Shown: piece after piece, positions 16,022 to 26,247 of the stretch
How positions within the stretch are numbered: the first letter of the stretch is position 1
Layout: the number at the start of each line of letters is the position of its first letter
Assembly (NCBI GenBank): GCA_963761335.1
Contig: CAVXGR010000024.1
Coordinates: 160,001 to 224,000, forward strand
Direction of reading: 5' to 3'
DNA: 64,000 bases
Source of the DNA: an uncultured delta proteobacterium
Lineage (GTDB): Bacteria > Desulfobacterota > Binatia > HRBIN30 > BPIQ01
Made by a program: the position numbers and the translations under genes
Notes under the pieces: generated by a model
Told to the model about the DNA's origin: nothing
Databases searched by the model: none
Seen by the model: only the letters and a program-made list of their open reading frames with translations

Positions 16022-17241
16022 TCGTGCAGAAATACGGGGGCACCTCCGTCGGCACGGTGGAGCGGATCCGTGCGGTGGCGGCGCGCGCCGCCGCCACCCA
16101 GGATGCCGGTCACCGCGTCGTGGTGGTGGTCTCGGCGATGGCTGGCGAGACCAACCGCCTGCTGGGCCTGGCCAGCGAGGTGACCGAGGATCCCGATGAG
16201 CGCGAGCGCGACGTCCTGGTCTCCACCGGCGAGCAGGTGTCGGTGGCCCTCCTGGCCATTACCCTGCGCGCCGCCGGGCGGCGGGCGCGCTCGTTTCTCG
16301 GGCATCAGATCCGCATCGACACCGACAGCGCCTTCGGCCGCGCCCGCATCCGCCGCATCGACGCCCAGCGCATCCTCGAGGCCGTCGACGCCGGCGACAT
16401 CGTGGTCGCGGCCGGATTTCAGGGTGTGGACGCCGAGGGAAACATCACCACCCTCGGCCGCGGCGGCAGCGACACCACCGCCGTCGCCATCGCCGCGGCG
16501 GTTCGCGCCGACGTGTGCGAGATCTACACGGACGTCGACGGGGTGTTCACCGCCGATCCGCGCATCTGTCCGGCGGCCTGCAAGCTGGATCGCGTCTCCT
16601 ACGACGAGATGCTCGAGTCGGCCAGCCTCGGCGCCAAGGTGCTGCAGATCCGCTCCGTCGAGTTCGCCAAGCGGTACCAGGTGCCGCTGCACGTCCGCTC
16701 CAGCTTCGCGGACGTCGAAGGCACCTGGGTGGTACAGGAGGAGAGAAAGATGGAAGACGTCCTCGTTTCCGAGGTGACCCTCGACCGCGACGAGGCCAAG
16801 GTGACGCTGCAGCGGGTCCCCGACCGCCCCGGGCTGGCGGCGCGCATCTTCACCCCCATCTCGGAGGCGAACATCGTCGTCGACATGATTATCCAGAATG
16901 CCAGCGAAGAGGGCACCACCGACGTCACCTTCACCGTGCCGCACGCCGACCACCAGAAGGCGCTCGCCATGGTGAAGGGGGTGGCCGACGAGATCGGCGC
17001 CGGCGGCGCCACCGCCGACACCGACGTCTGCAAGGTGTCGATCGTCGGCCTCGGGATGCGCAGCCACGCCGGCGTCGCCGCCAAGATGTTTCGCGTGCTC
17101 GCCCAGGAGGGCATCAACATCCAGATGATCTCGACCTCGGAGATCAAGGTGTCGATCATCGTCGCCTCCAAGTACGGCGAGCTGGCCGTGCGCGTGCTCC
17201 ACGAGGCCTTCGTCGAGAACGGCGCGGAGGTGCGGCCATGA
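16012..17241 (+). CDS. lysC: Aspartate kinase
   Basis: [25 protein letters not shown], two ACT domains. Confidence 0.96.
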   Translation: MALIVQKYGGTSVGTVERIRAVAARAAATQDAGHRVVVVVSAMAGETNRLLGLASEVTEDPDERERDVLVSTGEQVSVALLAITLRAAGRRARSFLGHQIRIDTDSAFGRARIRRIDAQRILEAVDAGDIVVAAGFQGVDAEGNITTLGRGGSDTTAVAIAAAVRADVCEIYTDVDGVFTADPRICPAACKLDRVSYDEMLESASLGAKVLQIRSVEFAKRYQVPLHVRSSFADVEGTWVVQEERKMEDVLVSEVTLDRDEAKVTLQRVPDRPGLAARIFTPISEANIVVDMIIQNASEEGTTDVTFTVPHADHQKALAMVKGVADEIGAGGATADTDVCKVSIVGLGMRSHAGVAAKMFRVLAQEGINIQMISTSEIKVSIIVASKYGELAVRVLHEAFVENGAEVRP

Positions 17242-18878
17242 GCGGGCGCCAGGTCGAGATCTACGACACCACCCTGCGCGACGGCGCGCAGGCGGAGGAC
17301 GTCTCCTTCACCTTCGAGGACAAGCTGCGCATCCTCGAGCGACTCGACGATTTCGGTGTGCACTTCGTCGAGGGCGGCTGGCCGGGATCGAACCCGCGCG
17401 ACGCCGCCTTCTTCCAGGAAGCCCGCCGGGTGTCGCTTCGCCATACCCGCCTGGCGGCCTTCGGCTCGACGCGGCGGGCGGGCGTCAAGTGCGAGGACGA
17501 CGCCAACCTCGCCATGCTGCTGCGGGCGGAGACCCCGGTGGTCACCATTGTCGGCAAGACCTGGGACCTCCACGTCCGCGACGACCTGCGCATCTCGCAG
17601 AAGGAGAACCTCGAGGTCATCGCCGACTCGATCGCCTTTCTCAAGAAGAGGACCGACACAGTCATCTTCGACGCCGAGCACTTCTTCGACGGCTACCGCG
17701 ACAACGGAGAGTATGCACTGCGCTGCGTCGGCGTCGCCGCCGAAGCCGGCGCCGACCTGATCTGCCTGTGTGACACCAACGGCGGCCGCCTGCCCGAGGA
17801 GATCGGTGCTGCCGTGGACGCGGTCGCCGCCGCCGTGGTCACGCCGCTGGGAATCCACTGCCACAACGACTCCGACCTCGCCGTGGCCAACAGCCTGATG
17901 GCCCTGCAGCACGGCGCTGTACAGGTGCAGGGCACCATCAACGGCATCGGCGAGCGCTGTGGCAACGCCAACCTGTGCTCCGTGATGGCCAACCTGCAGC
18001 TCAAGCGGGGCTACAAGGTGGTGAGCGCGGCGAATCTGGCTCGCCTTCAGGAGCTGTCCCGCTACGTCTACGAGCTCGCCAACATCGAGCCCAACAAGCG
18101 CCAGCCATACGTGGGCGCCAGCGCCTTCGCCCACAAGGGCGGTCTGCACGTGGCGGCGGTGCAGAAGAATCCGCAGACCTACGAGCACATCGATCCCGCG
18201 ACCGTCGGCAACCAGCAGCGGGTGCTGATCTCCGATCTCTCCGGGCGCGCCAACATCCTGTACAAGGCCAAGGAGTTCGGCGTCACCCTCGAGAACGATG
18301 ATCCGGCAGTGCGCCGCATCGTCAATGAGATCAAGGAGCTCGAGCACCAGGGGTATCAGTTCGAGGGCGCCGAGGGCTCCTTCGAGCTGCTCCTGCACAG
18401 GGGCCTGAACGGACGCCTCCGCCATTTCACCCTGATCGGCTTCCGCGTCATCGACGAGAAGCGCAGCGAGGACGAGAAGCCTCTCTCCGAGGCGACCATC
18501 ATGATTCAGGGGCCGGACGGTCAGGTGGAGCACACCGCGGCGCAGGGGAACGGTCCGGTGAACGCCCTCGACTGCGCGCTGCGCAAGGCCCTGCGCAAGT
18601 TCTATCCGCAGATCGACGAGGTCAAGCTTCTCGACTACAAGGTCCGCGTTCTCGGCGGTCCCGAGGGCACCCAGGCGGTGGTGCGCGTGCTCATCGAGTC
18701 GGGCGATCAGCACGAGCGCTGGGGCACCGTCGGCGTTTCTCCGAACGTCATCGAGGCGAGCTGGAAAGCGCTGGTCGACAGCATCGACTACAAGCTCTAC
18801 AAGGACGAACGGCGCCGCTTGGCGTCGAAGGGCCGCCGGCGCGCCGGCAAGCGCTCCTCCGACATCGCCTCGGCATGA
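17238..18878 (+). CDS. cimA: Citramalate synthase
   Basis: [42 protein letters not shown]. Confidence 0.9.
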   Translation: MSGRQVEIYDTTLRDGAQAEDVSFTFEDKLRILERLDDFGVHFVEGGWPGSNPRDAAFFQEARRVSLRHTRLAAFGSTRRAGVKCEDDANLAMLLRAETPVVTIVGKTWDLHVRDDLRISQKENLEVIADSIAFLKKRTDTVIFDAEHFFDGYRDNGEYALRCVGVAAEAGADLICLCDTNGGRLPEEIGAAVDAVAAAVVTPLGIHCHNDSDLAVANSLMALQHGAVQVQGTINGIGERCGNANLCSVMANLQLKRGYKVVSAANLARLQELSRYVYELANIEPNKRQPYVGASAFAHKGGLHVAAVQKNPQTYEHIDPATVGNQQRVLISDLSGRANILYKAKEFGVTLENDDPAVRRIVNEIKELEHQGYQFEGAEGSFELLLHRGLNGRLRHFTLIGFRVIDEKRSEDEKPLSEATIMIQGPDGQVEHTAAQGNGPVNALDCALRKALRKFYPQIDEVKLLDYKVRVLGGPEGTQAVVRVLIESGDQHERWGTVGVSPNVIEASWKALVDSIDYKLYKDERRRLASKGRRRAGKRSSDIASA

Positions 18879-20011
18879 TCTACCTCGACCACAACGCTAC
18901 CGCCCCGGTGTTGCCGGAGGTGGTCGAGGCGCTGTTGCCTTTTCTCCGCGACGATTTCGGCAACGCCTCCAGCGTGCATCGCCTCGGCTCCGCGGCCCGC
19001 TGCGCCGTCGAAGAGGCGCGCCATCAAGTGGCGCGCCTGATCGGCGCCGAGGCGTCCGCGGTCGTCTTCACCTCGGGAGGTACCGAGAGCAACAACCTGG
19101 CGATCTCGGGCGCGGTGCGAGCGGCAGGCCCGCCGGGCCACCTCGTCACCTCGGCGATCGAGCACTCCTCGGTGCTCGCCACGGTGGCGGCACTGGAAGA
19201 GGAGGGGTGGCGCGTCACCCGCCTCGGGGTCGACGACGAGGGGCGAGTGTCGCCGGCGGCGGTGGCGGAGGCGCTGCATGCGGACACGCGTCTGGTGAGC
19301 ATCGGCGGGGCCAACAACGAGATTGGGACCGTACAGCCGGTGGCCGAGATCGCCGCTGTCTGCCGCGACCGCGGGGTTCCGCTACACGTCGATGGCGTGC
19401 AGGCGGCGGGCAAGCTCGCCATCCGCGTCACCGACCTCGATCTGCTGTCGATCTCCGCCCACAAGATCGGCGGCCCCAAGGGCGTCGGCGCGCTCTGGGT
19501 GCGCCGCGGGCTGTCGCTGCGGCCGCTGCTGTACGGCGGATCGCAGGAGCGCGGCCGCCGCCCGGGCACCGAGAACGTCGCCGGCATCGTCGGCTTCGGT
19601 GTCGCCTGCGTCTCTGCGGAGGAGCGCCTGGCACACGCCGCCGAGATTGAGAGCCTGCGCGAGCTGCTGTGGTCGCGCCTCGAGCTCTTGGCAGGCGCGC
19701 GGCGCAACAGCCCGGCGGCGGGATGCCTGCCGAACACGCTGAATGTCAGCTTCGCCGGTCGCAGCGCCGATGCACTCATCGCCGCCCTCGACCTTCGCGG
19801 CATCGCCGTCTCCAGCGGCTCGGCGTGCGCCGCCGGCGCCAGCGAGGCGTCGCACGTCCTGCGCGCCCTCGGACGAGGCGACCGCGAGGCGCGTGACGCG
19901 CTGCGATTCAGCCTCGGGCCGGAGACGACGGCGAGCGACGTCGAGGCGAGCGCTGCGGCGCTGGCGGAGATCTGCGGCGCCGAGGCTCTGCGGGGGAGGG
20001 CGCGTGCGTAG
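18875..20011 (+). CDS. iscS: Cysteine desulfurase (IscS/NifS type)
   Basis: [23 protein letters not shown]. Confidence 0.9.
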   Translation: MIYLDHNATAPVLPEVVEALLPFLRDDFGNASSVHRLGSAARCAVEEARHQVARLIGAEASAVVFTSGGTESNNLAISGAVRAAGPPGHLVTSAIEHSSVLATVAALEEEGWRVTRLGVDDEGRVSPAAVAEALHADTRLVSIGGANNEIGTVQPVAEIAAVCRDRGVPLHVDGVQAAGKLAIRVTDLDLLSISAHKIGGPKGVGALWVRRGLSLRPLLYGGSQERGRRPGTENVAGIVGFGVACVSAEERLAHAAEIESLRELLWSRLELLAGARRNSPAAGCLPNTLNVSFAGRSADALIAALDLRGIAVSSGSACAAGASEASHVLRALGRGDREARDALRFSLGPETTASDVEASAAALAEICGAEALRGRARA

Positions 20012-21083
20012 CCGCCGCCGCGTCCTCCTCGGCATGAGCGGAGGCGTCGACAGCTCGGTGGCCGCGGCTCTCCTGCTGCAGGCTGGGCACGAGGTGATCG
20101 GCGTTGCCATGCGGCTCTGGGGCGGCGACACGGGGAGCGAGAGCGGCTGCTGCTCGCTCGACGATTTCGTCGACGCCCGCCGCGTTGCCCATCGCCTCGG
20201 CATCCCGTTCTACGTGATGGACTACCAGGAGGAGTTCGAGCGCGCCGTCGTCAGCCCATTCGTCGCCGAGTACGCCACGGGTCGCACGCCCAACCCGTGC
20301 GTGCGGTGCAATCAGTACGTGAAGTTCGGCTCGTTCTGGGAGAGGGCCCAGGAGCTCGGGGCGACGGCGGTGGCGACCGGCCATTACGCGCGCATCGGCG
20401 ACTGCGATGCCGAGCCGGCGCTGCTGCGCGGCGCCGACCCGCTGAAGGATCAGTCCTACTTCCTGTTCGCCATGCCGCGCGCGCAGCTGGGGCACACGCT
20501 GTTTCCGGTCGGTCACTTGTCGAAGCCGCAGGTGCGCGCCTTGGCTGCCGAGCTCGGCCTGCCGGTGGCCGCCAAGCCGGACAGTCAGGAGGTCTGCTTT
20601 GCGCCTGGCCGCGCCCACGGCTCCTTCGTGGCGGCGCGTCTCGGCGAGAGGGCACCGGGCCCGGGTGCGGTGGTCGATGAGGACGGCACCGTCATCGGGC
20701 GGCACGCCGGCGTTCACACGGTCACCGTCGGCCAGCGGCGCGGTCTCGGCCTGAGCGCACCGGCGGCGCGCTACGTGACCGCCGTCGATGCGGCGACGGC
20801 GACGGTGCGCGTCGGCTCGGAGAGCTTGCTGGGTTCCAGCGGGCTCGAGGCGGAAGGCGCCAACTGGCTGGCGGCGAGGCGCCCGCTGCCGGGTGCGCGC
20901 CTGACCGCGAAGATCCGCTCGCGCCATGCGGCGGTCCCCGTGGTGGTGGCCGCCTGCGGCGAGGATCACTTCACTCTGGAGGCGGAAATGCCGATGAAGT
21001 CGGTCACTCCAGGGCAGGCGGCGGTACTCTACGATGGAGACCGCATCGTCGGCGGCGGCTGGATCGCCCGGGCGATCATTTGA
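20004..21083 (+). CDS. mnmA: tRNA 2-thiouridylase
   Basis: MSGGVDSS, TPNPCVRCN, ATGHYA, KDQSYFL, PGQAAV. Confidence 0.95.
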   Translation: MRSRRRVLLGMSGGVDSSVAAALLLQAGHEVIGVAMRLWGGDTGSESGCCSLDDFVDARRVAHRLGIPFYVMDYQEEFERAVVSPFVAEYATGRTPNPCVRCNQYVKFGSFWERAQELGATAVATGHYARIGDCDAEPALLRGADPLKDQSYFLFAMPRAQLGHTLFPVGHLSKPQVRALAAELGLPVAAKPDSQEVCFAPGRAHGSFVAARLGERAPGPGAVVDEDGTVIGRHAGVHTVTVGQRRGLGLSAPAARYVTAVDAATATVRVGSESLLGSSGLEAEGANWLAARRPLPGARLTAKIRSRHAAVPVVVAACGEDHFTLEAEMPMKSVTPGQAAVLYDGDRIVGGGWIARAII

Positions 21084-21097
21084 CGGAGGATGTTTTC

Positions 21098-22396
21098 GTG
21101 AAGGTCGCGATCACGACCCTGGGCTGCAAGGTCAACCAGTACGACTCCGGAACCCTGGAGAGTCGCCTGCGTGCCCAGGGATGCGAGATCGTGGCGTTTG
21201 CACCCGGCGCCGATGCCTACGTGGTCAATACCTGCTCGGTCACCGACCGCGCCGATGCCGAGAGCCGGCGGCTGGCGCGGCGGGCGCGGCGCTACGCGCC
21301 CTCGGGGCGCGTGGTGATGACCGGCTGCTTCGCGCAGACCAACCCGCGCGGCGCCGCCATTCCCGAGGTCGACTACGTCGTCGGCCTGAACCGCATCGAC
21401 GATCTGCTCGCCGCGGTGCGGGGCGAGATCGACCAGCCGCGCGGCGCTCTCCTGGTCGACAACCTGCGCAAGGCCGAGACCATCGCCACCCTGGGCGCCG
21501 AGAGCTTCGCCGGGCAGACGCGCGCCTTCCTCAAGATCCAGGAAGGCTGCGATCTCTTCTGCACCTTCTGCATCGTGCCCTTCGCGCGGGGTCGCAGCCG
21601 CTCGGTGGCGCCGCGGGTGGTGCTCGAAGAGATGCGGCGCCTGGCGGCTCTGGGATATCGGGAGATCGTCCTCACCGGCGTGCATCTGGGTGGCTACGGC
21701 GAGGACCTGGCGCCGCGCATCGGCCTGGCCGATCTGCTGGAGATGATCGCCGAGACGGCGCCGGTGCGGCGGATTCGCCTGAGCTCCGTCGATCCTCCGG
21801 AGATCACGCCACGGCTGCTGCGCATCGTCGCCGGGAGCGGCGTCATCTGCCCGCACTTCCACATACCGCTCCAGTCCGGCGACGACCGCGTGCTGGCGCG
21901 CATGCGGCGGCGCTACTCCGTCGGGCTGGCGCGCGAGGTGCTGGAGAGCATCGCCGAGGCGATCCCCGGGGCCGGTATCGGTACCGACGTCATTGCCGGG
22001 TTTCCAGGAGAGACGGAAGAGGAGTTCGCGCACACCGAGGAGTTCGTGGCGCGGATGCCGTTCACCTACTTGCACGTCTTCCCCTACTCGCCGCGTCGCG
22101 GGACCACGGCGGCGAAGCTGCCGCAGCGGCTCGAGGCGCCGCTGCTGCTCGAGCGCGCCCGGCGTTTGCGCGAGGCGGACGCCGAGAAGCGCCGCCGTTT
22201 CGCCGAGTCGCTGGTGGGCGCGACTCTACCGGTGCTGCTCGAGGGAGACGGGACGGCGGCCGACGGCACGCTCAGTGGCTACACGCCCAACTACGCGCGG
22301 GTTCGCGTCGCTGCGCCGCCGGCCCTGGCGCGCCGGGAGGTCGAGGTCCGCATCGTCTCCGCCCGCGACGGTCATCTCGACGCGGAGGTCGCTTGA
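21098..22396 (+). CDS. mtaB: tRNA t6A37 methylthiotransferase
   Basis: TLGCKVNQYDS, NTCSVT, CDLFCTFC radical-SAM motif, HVFPYS. GTG start after GGAGGA. Confidence 0.92.
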   Translation: MKVAITTLGCKVNQYDSGTLESRLRAQGCEIVAFAPGADAYVVNTCSVTDRADAESRRLARRARRYAPSGRVVMTGCFAQTNPRGAAIPEVDYVVGLNRIDDLLAAVRGEIDQPRGALLVDNLRKAETIATLGAESFAGQTRAFLKIQEGCDLFCTFCIVPFARGRSRSVAPRVVLEEMRRLAALGYREIVLTGVHLGGYGEDLAPRIGLADLLEMIAETAPVRRIRLSSVDPPEITPRLLRIVAGSGVICPHFHIPLQSGDDRVLARMRRRYSVGLAREVLESIAEAIPGAGIGTDVIAGFPGETEEEFAHTEEFVARMPFTYLHVFPYSPRRGTTAAKLPQRLEAPLLLERARRLREADAEKRRRFAESLVGATLPVLLEGDGTAADGTLSGYTPNYARVRVAAPPALARREVEVRIVSARDGHLDAEVA

Positions 22397-23124
22397 CCCC
22401 GGACAGCGGCCCAGCGGGCGGCACCGTCGACGAAGCGGCCGCCCACCTCGAGAACGTTCTCGGCTACCGCTTCCGCGACCTCGAGCGCCTCGAGGCGGCC
22501 CTGACGCACACCTCCGTGGCCGGCGCCGGAGGCGGAGGCGTTGCGGAGATCGAGCGGCTGGAGTTTCTCGGCGATGCCGTGCTCGGCCTCTGCATCACCG
22601 ATCTGTTGATCCATCAGCGGCCGGAGGCGTCCGAGGGAGAGCTGACGCGCGTGCGAGCGAGGCTGGTGAACACCGTGGCGCTGGCGCGCAAGGCGCGTGA
22701 GGTCGGTGTTGCCGATCTGATGATTCTCGGCCGCGGGGAGGAGAAGAGCGGTGGTCGCCACAAGGCGTCGATTCTCGCGGGCACCCTGGAGGCGGTGCTC
22801 GGGGCGCTCTTTCTCGATGGCGATTTCGCCGCTGCCCGTCAGGTGGTGGAGAAGATCTTCGCCGTTGATGCCCGCGGCGTTTCGCCCGCAGAGGAAGACC
22901 CGAAGACGTCGCTGCAGGAGCTGACGCAGCGGCTCTTCCGCTGTCTACCCGTGTATGCGACCCTGAGCGTCGAAGGGCCGGATCACGCCCGCGACTTCGT
23001 CGTCGAGGTGACGGTGGACGGCCGGGTGATGGGGTGCGGATCGGGGCGCAGCAAGCGGCTGGCGGCACAGGCCGCGGCCCGCCAGGCTCTGGAGGCTTTG
23101 CGCCTGCCGGCGGAAAACGATTGA
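22393..23124 (+). CDS. rnc: Ribonuclease III
   Basis: ERLEFLGDAVL, C-terminal dsRBD (DPKTSLQE). TTG start overlapping the mtaB stop. Confidence 0.95.
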   Translation: MTPDSGPAGGTVDEAAAHLENVLGYRFRDLERLEAALTHTSVAGAGGGGVAEIERLEFLGDAVLGLCITDLLIHQRPEASEGELTRVRARLVNTVALARKAREVGVADLMILGRGEEKSGGRHKASILAGTLEAVLGALFLDGDFAAARQVVEKIFAVDARGVSPAEEDPKTSLQELTQRLFRCLPVYATLSVEGPDHARDFVVEVTVDGRVMGCGSGRSKRLAAQAAARQALEALRLPAEND

Positions 23125-23146
23125 GCTACGAGCGAGGAGAGCGGAG

Positions 23147-24277
23147 GTGAGCCAGAGGGTACTCGTCGTCTTCGGCACCCGGCCGGAGGCCATCAAGCTG
23201 GCCCCGGTGGTCGAGGCGCTGCGCGCCGAGAAGGGGATCGAGGTGGTGGTATGCGTCACCGCGCAGCACCGCGAGATGCTCGACCAGGTGCTGCGCATCT
23301 TCTCGCTGCGGCCCGACCACGACCTGAATCTCATGCGCGCCGGCCAGGATCTGTTCGACGTCACCGCCGGCGCCCTGACGGCGTTGCGGCCGGTGATTGC
23401 CGAGGTGAAGCCCGCTGCCCTGGTGGTGCAGGGCGATACGACGACGACGCTGGCCGCGGCCCTGGCGGCGTTCTACTCGCACGTTGCCGTCGCTCACGTC
23501 GAGGCGGGCCTGCGAACCGGCGACAAGCGGCGCCCGTTTCCGGAGGAGATCAACCGGCGCCTCACCACGCACCTGGCCGACTGGCATTTTCCGCCCACCG
23601 ACTGGGCGCGCGAGAACCTGCTGCGCGAAGGCGTTGCCGAGGATCGCGTCTTCGTCACCGGCAACACCGGCATCGACGCGCTCCTCGAGCTCGTGGAGCG
23701 CATCGACAGCGGTGCGGTTCAACCGTCGCTGCCTGCTTCCATCGCTCCGGCGCTCGACGGGCGGCGGCGCCTGATCCTGGTGACCGGACACCGGCGAGAG
23801 AGCTTCGGCGCCGGCTTCGAGAACATCTGCCTGGCGCTGCGGGCGGTCGCCGAGCGGCACCCCGACGTGGCGATCGTCTACCCGGTGCATCTCAACCCCA
23901 ACGTGCAGGAGCCGGTCCGTCGCCATCTCGGATCGCTCGAGGGCGTCTATCTCACCGAGCCGCTCGACTATCTGCCCTTCGTGGCGTTGATGAAGCGCGC
24001 CCATTTGATCGTTACCGACTCCGGCGGCGTGCAGGAAGAGGCGCCATCGCTCGGCAAGCCGGTGCTGGTCATGCGCGACACCACCGAGCGCCCCGAGGGC
24101 GTGCGCGCCGGCGTCGCCCGCCTCGTCGGGCCGCACACCGACCGCATCGTCGCCGCCGTGGAGGAGCTGCTGACCGACGAGTCCAGCTACCGCGCCATGG
24201 CGCAGAAGCAGAACCCCTACGGCGACGGCCACGCCGCGGCGCGCATCGCGCGCGTCCTCGCGGAGAAGCTCAGGTGA
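23147..24277 (+). CDS. wecB: UDP-N-acetylglucosamine 2-epimerase (non-hydrolysing)
   Basis: FGTRPEAIK, QGDTT, HVEAGLR, DSGGVQEEA, NPYGDG. Confidence 0.96.
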   Translation: MSQRVLVVFGTRPEAIKLAPVVEALRAEKGIEVVVCVTAQHREMLDQVLRIFSLRPDHDLNLMRAGQDLFDVTAGALTALRPVIAEVKPAALVVQGDTTTTLAAALAAFYSHVAVAHVEAGLRTGDKRRPFPEEINRRLTTHLADWHFPPTDWARENLLREGVAEDRVFVTGNTGIDALLELVERIDSGAVQPSLPASIAPALDGRRRLILVTGHRRESFGAGFENICLALRAVAERHPDVAIVYPVHLNPNVQEPVRRHLGSLEGVYLTEPLDYLPFVALMKRAHLIVTDSGGVQEEAPSLGKPVLVMRDTTERPEGVRAGVARLVGPHTDRIVAAVEELLTDESSYRAMAQKQNPYGDGHAAARIARVLAEKLR

Positions 24278-24282
24278 ACCGG

Positions 24283-24504
24283 TTCTCCATTCTCATCCCC
24301 GGTTCTCATCCCGTCGTTTTCCGTTCGCTCTGACAGGCGCAACTGACCCGCAGCACACGCTCTCGCTCCGCCGCGATCGACGGTAGCCGGGGGGTTGAAG
24401 GTAGAAGCGCCGTCCCGGCGCTTTCGAAGCGGCGAGACGCCGCTTCTACTTGGCCCGCGGGCCGCGAAAACGACGGGATGAGACCCGGGAATGGGAATGG
24501 AGAA
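24283..24504. repeat. Palindromic repeat family A, copy 1
   Basis: Left arm TTCTCCATTCTCATCCCCGGTTCTCATCCCGTCGTTTTCC, right arm GAAAACGACGGGATGAGACCCGGGAATGGGAATGGAGAA. Same arms recur at ~27349, ~48527 and ~61403. Confidence 0.85.
24401..24449. repeat. GTAG-type REP doublet (REPIN-like) nested in repeat A
   Basis: GTAGAAGCGCCGTCCCGGCGCTT-tcg-AAGCGGCGAGACGCCGCTTCTAC: two inverted GTAG-capped hairpins. Confidence 0.7.
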
Positions 24505-24513
24505 TCCCGCACG

Positions 24514-24542
24514 TTGACTTTGATACACAACGCGGTTATAAA
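24514..24542 (+). promoter_or_regulatory. Near-consensus sigma70 promoter
   Basis: TTGACT-N17-TATAAA in an AT-rich patch. Confidence 0.7.
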
Positions 24543-24557
24543 GCGTTTGTCCCAAAC

Positions 24558-24597
24558 CCGGTCCAGCAGACATCACCCGCTCGGCCGGATTTTTTTT
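24558..24597 (+). terminator. Terminator-like hairpin plus T8 in the 5' leader (possible attenuator)
   Basis: CCGGTCCAGC...GCTCGGCCGG stem followed by A and 8 T, between promoter and first RBS. Confidence 0.5.
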
Positions 24598-24643
24598 AGG
24601 ATGGGAGCTGGGCTACGGATCCACCCTGTCTGAGGAGAAACGA

Positions 24644-24817
24644 ATGGCTGAGAAGAAGGCAAAGACAGCCCAAAAGGGAGCGGACGTGCAGCAGAACAAG
24701 AAGGCTTGTCCGACCTGCGGCGCCGAGAGCCGGGTGACGTACTTCACCGGTCACGGGCGCAAGGGCTTTTTCTGGGTTTGCGAGAAGACCTGCGGATATA
24801 TGGAGCGGACTCGCTAG
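24644..24817 (+). CDS. 57-aa Zn-ribbon protein (not in ORF track)
   Basis: RBS GAGGAG. MAEKKAKTAQKGADVQQNKKACPTCGAESRVTYFTGHGRKGFFWVCEKTCGYMERTR. Confidence 0.75.
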   Translation: MAEKKAKTAQKGADVQQNKKACPTCGAESRVTYFTGHGRKGFFWVCEKTCGYMERTR

Positions 24818-24835
24818 GAGTTGCAGGAGCGATAC

Positions 24836-25207
24836 ATGGGTCGTACGGCGAAGAAATCGAGCAACAAGGCGTCGGCGAAGAAGCGTTACAGCATCCTCGA
24901 CGAGGACGAGCGCGGCGAAGAGCAGGAAGAAGGCGATCTGCCAAAGGACGAGGCGGGGCGGCGCAAGATCAAGCGGCAGTACGAGGATCTTCTCAACATT
25001 CGCATCGAGAAGCTGAAGGGTCGCATCCTCAATCGCGAGCGCATCAACAAGACGATCGAGGGCGTCTACTTCATCTGCGCGGAGTGCAAGAAGGTCTGCC
25101 ACAACATGGATGACGGGCTGGTCGAGGATCCCAACAACGTGAACAACCTCTGCGGCGCCTGCGCCAAGGGCAAGGGCGGCAAGGGCGGCAAGCAGGCCGC
25201 CGCCTAG
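24836..25207 (+). CDS. C4 Zn-finger protein, atypical DksA/TraR-like
   Basis: RBS AGGAG. Basic N-terminus, acidic patch, helical segment, then IEGVYFICAEC-x21-CGAC. Confidence 0.7.
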   Translation: MGRTAKKSSNKASAKKRYSILDEDERGEEQEEGDLPKDEAGRRKIKRQYEDLLNIRIEKLKGRILNRERINKTIEGVYFICAECKKVCHNMDDGLVEDPNNVNNLCGACAKGKGGKGGKQAAA

Positions 25208-26178
25208 CTCCTCGATCGAAAGGACGCGGCGCGGCGCCGGGTCCACGGCTTCCGGCTGGCGAAGTCGTGCAGCACGCGCCGGAGATCTTCCGGCAGCGGG
25301 CTCTCGACGGTGAGCGGCTCGGCGGTCACCGGGTGGCGGATCTCGATCCGCGAGGCGTGCAGGACCTGCCGCGGGATGTCGCGCGGCGCGGCCTGGGTGC
25401 CGCCGTAGAGCGCGTCTCCAAGCACCGGGTGTCCGATGAAGGCCAGATGGGCACGGATCTGGTGCATGACGCCGCTGCGGATGGTGACCCGCAGAAGCGT
25501 GGCGCGGCTGTCGTAGCGGATCTCCGGCCGGTACAGAGTCTGCGCCGGCCGCGCCTCGAGCGCCGCCTCGGCTTCCGCCGTGCGGCACACGCGTACCCGA
25601 CCGCGATGCCTGCGGTCGTGGGCAATGGGGTTGTCGATGCTGCCGGCCTGGGTCACGTCGCCCGCGACCAGCGTCAGGTACTCTTTCTTCACCTCGTGTC
25701 TGGAGAACTGCCGGCGGAGCACGGCATACGCCGCGGGCGTTCGCGCCGCGAGGATGACGCCGGAGGTGTCGCGGTCGAGCCGATGCACCAGGCCGGCCTC
25801 CAGAGCCGAGCTGCCGGCTGGCGCGGTGGCTGGATCGTGGGCCACCAGGAAGCTGGCGACGCTGCGAACCTCCCCCTGCCGCAGCGCTGCGCTCGGCAGC
25901 CCCGCCGGCTTGTCGAGGGCGATGATCGCCTCGTCCTCGAAGAGGATGGCAATCCTCAGCCGGGGGTTCGGAGCGGCCTGCCGCGCCTGCGCCATGGCGT
26001 CGGGAACGGTCACCACGTCTCCGGCCCGCAGCGCGGCGCTGCGCCGCGCCGGGTGGCCGTTGAGGCGGAGCTCGTCTTCCTGGGCCCGCAGGGCGCGGCG
26101 AGAGACGAAGGGGAGATGCTGTGCGAGAAAGCGGTCGAGGCGCATTCCGGCTGCCTCGACGGGTACGGTCACGTCCAT
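25204..26178 (-). CDS. RluA/RluD-family pseudouridine synthase
   Basis: S4-like RLDRFL, DKPAGL, HRLDRDTSG, HQIRAHL, LHA. Confidence 0.93.
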   Translation of the reverse strand: MDVTVPVEAAGMRLDRFLAQHLPFVSRRALRAQEDELRLNGHPARRSAALRAGDVVTVPDAMAQARQAAPNPRLRIAILFEDEAIIALDKPAGLPSAALRQGEVRSVASFLVAHDPATAPAGSSALEAGLVHRLDRDTSGVILAARTPAAYAVLRRQFSRHEVKKEYLTLVAGDVTQAGSIDNPIAHDRRHRGRVRVCRTAEAEAALEARPAQTLYRPEIRYDSRATLLRVTIRSGVMHQIRAHLAFIGHPVLGDALYGGTQAAPRDIPRQVLHASRIEIRHPVTAEPLTVESPLPEDLRRVLHDFASRKPWTRRRAASFRSRS

Positions 26179-26247
26179 CGTCCTCTCAGGGTAGCAGTGT
26201 CGGGTCGGCGGGAGAATGCGCGGGCGGCCGTGTCGAGGGCCGCCCCG

